From Patescibacteria group bacterium (lineage in GTDB: Bacteria; Patescibacteriota; Minisyncoccia; UBA6257; HR35), in the NCBI GenBank assembly GCA_030549895.1, contig JAUQQM010000001.1, positions 44,091 to 108,090 on the forward strand: a stretch of 64,000 bases of DNA, written 5' to 3'. Position 1 is the first letter of the stretch; each line of letters starts with the position of its first letter. A program made the translations under genes and the position numbers. The notes under the pieces were generated by a model that saw only the letters and a list, made by a program, of their open reading frames with translations, was not told where the DNA came from and made no database searches. Shown in pieces: positions 58,771-64,000 of this stretch.

Positions 58771-59668
58771 ACATTTTTTTAAAAGCTTAAAATTCAGACC
58801 AAAAATTTCAAAAGGATTTAAACTTAAAAAAAGAGTTTTATTTTTTGGACTTGGTGGCTCTGGTTTTGGCGGAGAGATTTTAAAATTCCTTAGCAAAAGA
58901 GTTATTTTAGTTGAAAAGAATTATAAGTTTAGTTTTCAGCAAAAATTAGATGATTTTTCTACTATTGTCTGTTCTTGGTCAGGAAAAACAAAAGAGATTC
59001 AACTTGTTTTAAATGAAATAAAAAAAACAAAACCACTTATTGTGAGTTCTGGTGATCTTGCAAGTAAATTTAAAAATTTACCAACGATAATTTTACCAAA
59101 AAATGAGTTTCCTCCTCGTTTTAATCTAGGTTACTTTATTTCTGTTTTTTCTTTTCTTGAAGAAAAAAAGCTTTGGAGAAGACTTCAAAAAATAAATACA
59201 AAAAAAATTTTAAAGAAAGTATTGGAAATTTTAGATGATAAATTTTCAAAAGATGTTATTTTAAAAATTAAAAAGAGAATTTCTTTGGTTTATAGTTCAA
59301 AAGAAAATTTTCCTCTTGCTTATCTTATGAAGATAAAATTAAATGAAAATTCAAAAATTCCAGCTTTTTGCAATTTTTTTCCTGAGCTTGCTCATAATGA
59401 ACTTTCTTTTCTTCCAAGATATTCTCGAAAATTTTTGTTTGTTATTTTAAAAGATAAAAAAGAAAAGTTTATAGAGTTCCAAGTTGAAATTTTTAAAAAA
59501 ATTCTAAAAAATTCAGAAATAATCGAGATAATTTTACCTGAAGAAAAACTCGAAAAGCTTATCTTTGTAAATCTTCTTTCCGACGTCCTTACTTATAAGA
59601 TTTCTGGTTCGAATATAATAAAAAATAAGACTTTAGAAGTTTTTAAAAAAAAATTTAGGAAAATATGA
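58745..59668 (+). CDS. SIS-domain bifunctional phosphoglucose/phosphomannose isomerase (PGI/PMI-like)
   Basis: VLFFGLGGSGFGGEIL (GMGGSxIGG-like), ...FPELAHNEL...; about 300 aa as in archaeal-type PGI/PMI. Confidence 0.5.
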   Translation: MDILKIIIEHFFKSLKFRPKISKGFKLKKRVLFFGLGGSGFGGEILKFLSKRVILVEKNYKFSFQQKLDDFSTIVCSWSGKTKEIQLVLNEIKKTKPLIVSSGDLASKFKNLPTIILPKNEFPPRFNLGYFISVFSFLEEKKLWRRLQKINTKKILKKVLEILDDKFSKDVILKIKKRISLVYSSKENFPLAYLMKIKLNENSKIPAFCNFFPELAHNELSFLPRYSRKFLFVILKDKKEKFIEFQVEIFKKILKNSEIIEIILPEEKLEKLIFVNLLSDVLTYKISGSNIIKNKTLEVFKKKFRKI

Positions 59669-60558
59669 GGGAGATAAAATACAATAAGAATTTTAAAATA
59701 ATTACAGTTATTGATCCAGGTGCTGATGATTTTGATTTCATCGAGAATGAATTCAAGATAGAAAAGAACGATTTAGAAGAATTTAAAATGCCCTATCATC
59801 TTTCTGATTATGATGTAAGGACTAAGTACAGTTTTTTAGTTATTTCTTTCCCTAAAGAGAAAAATTTTTTAAAAGAGGCCCTTGAAATAGAAAATGTTTA
59901 CTTTTTCTTTTCTAATACTTTCTTTATTTGTCTTTCTAAAGGAGAGTCACTAGTAAACAAGATAATAGATGATATTTTAGATAACCCAAAAATTTCTCTT
60001 CCTAATACTGAAAAATTACTTTATTACATTTTAAAATCCCTTCTTAAAGTTTACTATTCAATTTTAAGAACAATAGATCATGAAATAAATTTTTTAGACA
60101 AAAATATAAATAAATTATCACCTCAAATCCTTAACCAGAGAATTGTCTTTTTAAAGAAAAATCTCATTTTATTTTTAACAAACACAAAATCTTTTTATGA
60201 AGTTTTTGAAGAAATTGTCAAAAACCGCATGCCAAATTTTAGAAGATATTCTCATCTTTGGGAAGGTTTTTTGGATGAAGTAAATTATATCTATGTTAGG
60301 CTTGAAGACTATCAACTTATCATTGATGGCTATCAAAGATCAATTGAAAATATCCTTTCTATCAACATTAACAAAAATATTTTGCTTATAACTTTGATTC
60401 AGACATTATTTTTACCTCCAACACTTATAGCTTCAATTTATGGCATGAATGTAAATTTACCACTTGCTCATAAAAATTATGCTTTTTATCTTATTTTATT
60501 TTTTATGTTTTTTATAAGTATTCTTTTTTGGCTTTTGTTAATTAAAAAGAAAGGCTAA
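59665..60558 (+). CDS. CorA-family divalent-cation (Mg2+/Co2+) transporter
   Basis: C-terminal two TM helices with YGMN signature (IYGMNVNLP). Confidence 0.75.
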   Translation: MREIKYNKNFKIITVIDPGADDFDFIENEFKIEKNDLEEFKMPYHLSDYDVRTKYSFLVISFPKEKNFLKEALEIENVYFFFSNTFFICLSKGESLVNKIIDDILDNPKISLPNTEKLLYYILKSLLKVYYSILRTIDHEINFLDKNINKLSPQILNQRIVFLKKNLILFLTNTKSFYEVFEEIVKNRMPNFRRYSHLWEGFLDEVNYIYVRLEDYQLIIDGYQRSIENILSININKNILLITLIQTLFLPPTLIASIYGMNVNLPLAHKNYAFYLILFFMFFISILFWLLLIKKKG

Positions 60559-61955
60559 TCAATTATTTTAATTTTAAGCTCTTTGAGTTTTTCTTCATCT
60601 AAGTTATCAGGAGAATTCATCATTAAGTCTTGTCCTTCACCAGTTTTTGGAAAAGCAATAACTTCTCTTATTGAGGGTTCATTAAAAATTACCATTAAGA
60701 ATCTATCTATTCCAGGAGCAATACCACCATGAGGTGGTACGCCATATTTGAAAGCTTCAATAAGATGACCAAACTTTTTTTCTATATCTTCTTTTTTATT
60801 TCCCATCACCTCAAAGACTTTAATTAAAATGTCAATATCAGTTTCTCTTAAAGATCCGCCACCAATCTCATAACCATTACAAACAAAGTCATATTGAAAA
60901 GCAAACAAACTTTGAGGCTCTTTTTCTAATTTTTCTATCAAATCTTTTTTTGTTCCAGTTCTTTTTATTTTTACGAAAGGATGATGAACAGCGTCCCATC
61001 TTTTTTCAGTTTCTTTCCATTCGAACATTGGAAAATCAACAATAAAAGCAAAAGCAAGCTCGTTTGGGTCATTTTTATTTTCTCTTAAATCAGGTTTATC
61101 AGTTTTGTATTTTTCTATAACTTCTTGATATTTAAGTCGTGGAAAAGGAACTTTAGTAATTTTTTTCTCTGGAAATAGCTCTTTTACAAGATCTAGGTAT
61201 AAGTTTTCTATTAAACTTAGAATTTCTTCTTGATCTTCAACCCAAGAAATTTCAATATCTAATTGAGTAAATTCAGGTTGTCTATCACCTCTTGGATCTT
61301 CATCGCGAAAGCATCTAGCTATTTGAAAATATTTCTCAAAACCAGCTATCATTAAAAGTTGCTTATATTGTTGAGGTGATTGGGGCAAAGCATAAAATTT
61401 TCCAGGATAAAGTCTTGAAGGAACAACATAATCTCTTGCTCCTTCAGGTGTAGATTTTGTTAGAATCGGAGTTTCAATTTCTATAAAACCTCTTTCAGTA
61501 AGCCAGTTTCTTATAAAAAGAATAGTTTTGTGTCTGTAAAGAAGATTTCTAAATAGTCTTTCTCTTCGAAGATCAAGATATCTATACTTTAATCTTAACT
61601 CTTCGCTTATTTCGTACCCCTCGGTTTCCAAAGGAAAGGGTGGGATGAGGGAGCTAGAGAGAACTTCTAATTTTTCAACTTTTAGTTCGATTTCGCCAGT
61701 TTTTATTTTTGGGTTAATTAAATTTTCAGGTCTTTTTTGGATAATTCCTTCAACTTTTAGAGCACCATATTTTGATTTTTTAAGAATTTGAAAACCTGGA
61801 TTTGTAGAGTCAATGACTGCTTGTAAAATTCCTGAACGATCTTTTAAATCAAAAAAGATTAATTTTCCATGATCTCTAAAATTCCAAACCCAACCATAAA
61901 GAGTTACTCTTTTGTTTATAAATTTTAAAGTATCTTCAATGAATATTTCTTTCAT
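60555..61955 (-). CDS. aspS: Aspartyl-tRNA synthetase, compact archaeal/eukaryal-type (probably non-discriminating)
   Basis: OB-fold N-terminus; class II motifs FRDEDPRGDRQPEFTQLD, QSPQQYKQLLM; 466 aa with no GAD insertion. Confidence 0.85.
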   Translation of the reverse strand: MKEIFIEDTLKFINKRVTLYGWVWNFRDHGKLIFFDLKDRSGILQAVIDSTNPGFQILKKSKYGALKVEGIIQKRPENLINPKIKTGEIELKVEKLEVLSSSLIPPFPLETEGYEISEELRLKYRYLDLRRERLFRNLLYRHKTILFIRNWLTERGFIEIETPILTKSTPEGARDYVVPSRLYPGKFYALPQSPQQYKQLLMIAGFEKYFQIARCFRDEDPRGDRQPEFTQLDIEISWVEDQEEILSLIENLYLDLVKELFPEKKITKVPFPRLKYQEVIEKYKTDKPDLRENKNDPNELAFAFIVDFPMFEWKETEKRWDAVHHPFVKIKRTGTKKDLIEKLEKEPQSLFAFQYDFVCNGYEIGGGSLRETDIDILIKVFEVMGNKKEDIEKKFGHLIEAFKYGVPPHGGIAPGIDRFLMVIFNEPSIREVIAFPKTGEGQDLMMNSPDNLDEEKLKELKIKIID

Positions 61956-62665
61956 AATAAAGTATTAAAGTAAATATCTTCTACTTCATTTTGATTATCT
62001 AGGGCCTCAAGTAGTTTTTTTAATTTTTCTTTTCCTTCATCTGAGATGGTTATTATTTCTTTTGGTACCCAAGAAATTTCTATTTCATTTTTTATTTCTT
62101 TATTTTCCTCTAAAAATTTCTTAAAATTTTTAAAATCTTCAAGATCAAAATAAACTTCAACAGAATCATCAATTTTTATATCTTTTGCTCCTAAATCAAT
62201 TAATTTTTCTTCTAATTTTTCATTAAATACATTTTTTTCAAATCTTATAATTCCTTGTTCTTCAAAAAGCCATTTTACTGCACCGCCCTCAGCAAGTTTT
62301 CCCCCGAATTTGTTAAGGATTCCTTTAATTTCAGATGTTGTTCTATTTCTATTTTCAGTAATAGCTTTTACCAAAATTGCTACTCCTTCTGGTCCATAAA
62401 TTTCATAAAAGACTTCTTCAAGATTTTCATGCTCAACTATTCCACTTGCTCTTTTTATTGCTCTTTCAATATTTTCCTGAGGCATTCCTAAAGACTTTGC
62501 TTTTTCTATAGCTGCTTTTAATTTGAAATTTCCTTCAACATCTGGCCCTCCCTGTCTTACAGCTACAGTTATTTCATTAGCAAGTTTGGAGAAAAGCTGC
62601 CCCCTTTTTTGATCTAAGATAGCTTTCTTATGTTTTATTTGTGCCCACTTAGAATGACCAGCCAT
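61952..62665 (-). CDS. YebC/PmpR-family transcriptional regulator
   Basis: MAGHSKWAQIKHKKA... signature N-terminus. Confidence 0.9.
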   Translation of the reverse strand: MAGHSKWAQIKHKKAILDQKRGQLFSKLANEITVAVRQGGPDVEGNFKLKAAIEKAKSLGMPQENIERAIKRASGIVEHENLEEVFYEIYGPEGVAILVKAITENRNRTTSEIKGILNKFGGKLAEGGAVKWLFEEQGIIRFEKNVFNEKLEEKLIDLGAKDIKIDDSVEVYFDLEDFKNFKKFLEENKEIKNEIEISWVPKEIITISDEGKEKLKKLLEALDNQNEVEDIYFNTLL

Positions 62666-62675
62666 AAAAATAATT

Positions 62676-64000
62676 TTAACTTAATTTTTCGATAGCTTTT
62701 TTTACTCTTTGGATTGTTCTTTCTTTGCCTAATATTGAAGCTATCTCAAATGGTCCCGGTGAAGCTTCAAGTCCAGTTAGAGCTACTCTAAATGGCCAAA
62801 AAACAAGACCTAAGTCATTAGGAGAAAGTTTTGAAAGTTCTAACTTTATTTTTTCAGGATTAAATTCTTTTTCTTCAATTCCTTCGAGGACATTTAAAGT
62901 TTTTTCTAAAAATTCTTTTATAGCTGTAGATGGTGCTTTATTCCAAATTAAAAGTTCAGGTTTATAATCTGGTTCTTCAAAAAAGTAAAATGAATTTTCT
63001 ATAAGTTCTTTTAGGGTTGAAGCTCTTTCTTTAGCTAAATTAATTATTTTTAAAATATAACTTTCATCTTGGAAGTTATATTTTTCTTTAAAATCTTTAT
63101 AGGTTAAACTTAAAATTTCACTAGGACTTTTTCTTAGAAGATAGTATCTATTAAACCAAATAAGTTTTTTCTCGTTAAAAACAGCTGGCTTTTTCTGGAT
63201 TCTTTCAAGAGAAAAAGCTTCAATTGCTTCATTTAAAGAATAAATTTCTCTATCACTTGATTCATGCCATCCTAAAAGTAAAATAAAGTTTATTATTGCT
63301 TCAGGCAAAAATCCTTCTTCTTTTAACTCCGAAATACTTGTTGCTCCATGCCTTTTAGAAAGTTTAGAATAATCTTTAGAAAGGATCATCGGAAGATGAG
63401 CATATTGGGGAATTGGCATGTTTAAAGACTTTAAGACTATTATCTGTTTTGGTGTATTTGAAAGATGATCTTCGCCTCTTATTACATGAGAGATACCCAT
63501 TAAAGCATCATCTACTGGAGTAGCGAAGTTAAATAATGGCTCTTCTTCTGATTTTGCTATTATAAAGTCTCCAATCAAGAGTGTATCGAAGATAACTTTT
63601 CCTTTTATAAGATCATTTATTTCTAATTTTTGAGGTTCAACTTTTATTCGGAAAACATAACTTCTTGTTCTTTCAAAAAAGCTTATTTCTTCTTTTGTTA
63701 GTTTTGAACATCTACCAGAGTATCTTGGAGCAATACCTTGAGATATCTGTTCTAGCTTTTGAGCTTCGAGTTCTTCTTTGGTACAGAAGCATTTATATAC
63801 TTTTCCTTCTGATTGAAGTTTTTTTATTAGCTCTTTATAAGTTTCAATTCTTTCTGATTGTCTGAAAAAGGAGTCAAATTCAATGTTAAGCCATAAAAGA
63901 GAATTTTTAATATCTTCCTCAAACTCTTTTTTAGATCTTTCTTTATCTGTGTCTTCTATTCTTAAGATAAATTTGCCTTTATTTTTTCTTGCAAAAAGAA
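62676..64000 (-). CDS. gltX: Glutamyl-tRNA synthetase; the 5' end runs beyond the window
   Basis: The frame stays open upstream of the ORF-track TTG start. Hand translation of 63579-64000 gives ...GKFILRIEDTDKERS...YKCFCTKEEL...KGKVIFDTLLIGDF..., the GluRS catalytic core. Confidence 0.85.
   Translation of the reverse strand, partial: LFARKNKGKFILRIEDTDKERSKKEFEEDIKNSLLWLNIEFDSFFRQSERIETYKELIKKLQSEGKVYKCFCTKEELEAQKLEQISQGIAPRYSGRCSKLTKEEISFFERTRSYVFRIKVEPQKLEINDLIKGKVIFDTLLIGDFIIAKSEEEPLFNFATPVDDALMGISHVIRGEDHLSNTPKQIIVLKSLNMPIPQYAHLPMILSKDYSKLSKRHGATSISELKEEGFLPEAIINFILLLGWHESSDREIYSLNEAIEAFSLERIQKKPAVFNEKKLIWFNRYYLLRKSPSEILSLTYKDFKEKYNFQDESYILKIINLAKERASTLKELIENSFYFFEEPDYKPELLIWNKAPSTAIKEFLEKTLNVLEGIEEKEFNPEKIKLELSKLSPNDLGLVFWPFRVALTGLEASPGPFEIASILGKERTIQRVKKAIEKLS

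Noticed and set aside
63665-63865. 66-aa plus-strand ORF and apparent gltX start at 63578
   Set aside because: The gltX frame stays open to the window edge and encodes the conserved GluRS catalytic core upstream of 63578. The plus-strand ORF is antisense noise.

Overview
This 64-kb window is very AT-rich and tightly packed. The coding density, short proteins, lamin-tail-domain (LTD) proteins and gene set suggest a streamlined CPR/Patescibacteria-like chromosome, read here around its replication origin (dnaA-dnaN at 17.2-19.9 kb). All calls come from reading the sequence and the ORF translations by eye. No searches were run, so family assignments rest on remembered motifs.

Content:
- Housekeeping genes: leuS, valS, gltX (5' part runs off the window end), aspS, gyrB, dnaA, dnaN, a class A PBP, two SEDS (FtsW/RodA) proteins, pnp, dcd, galU, pgk, rpsO, rplM, rpsI, rplS, rsmA/ksgA, a YebC-family protein, a CorA-family transporter and a YifB/ComM-like ATPase.
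- Seven tRNAs: Arg, Ala x2, Ile, Leu, Glu, Gly. Three of them explain spurious N-terminal extensions in the ORF track.
- Accessory content:
  (a) a tandem array of eight parS-like 16-bp palindromes at the window start, next to a consensus promoter;
  (b) a DnaA-box/promoter/double-hairpin element at 7.6 kb;
  (c) an operon of gyrB, a polytopic membrane protein and an ATP-cone-Mrr nuclease;
  (d) an 8.5-kb glycan-synthesis island (36.7-45.2 kb) holding a plant-type RGP / UDP-arabinopyranose-mutase (GT75) homologue plus GT2/GT4/GT9 enzymes, flanked on both sides by decayed sugar-nucleotide gene fragments;
  (e) a 1519-aa surface protein with a Zn-phospholipase-C-like domain and two LTD domains;
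  (f) a mannoside-phosphorolysis module (three GH130 domains, a PMM-like HAD enzyme, PGI/PMI);
  (g) a secreted Kazal-type inhibitor and a CapA-DUF192 fusion.

No CRISPR array, reverse transcriptase, transposase or classic toxin-antitoxin pair was seen.
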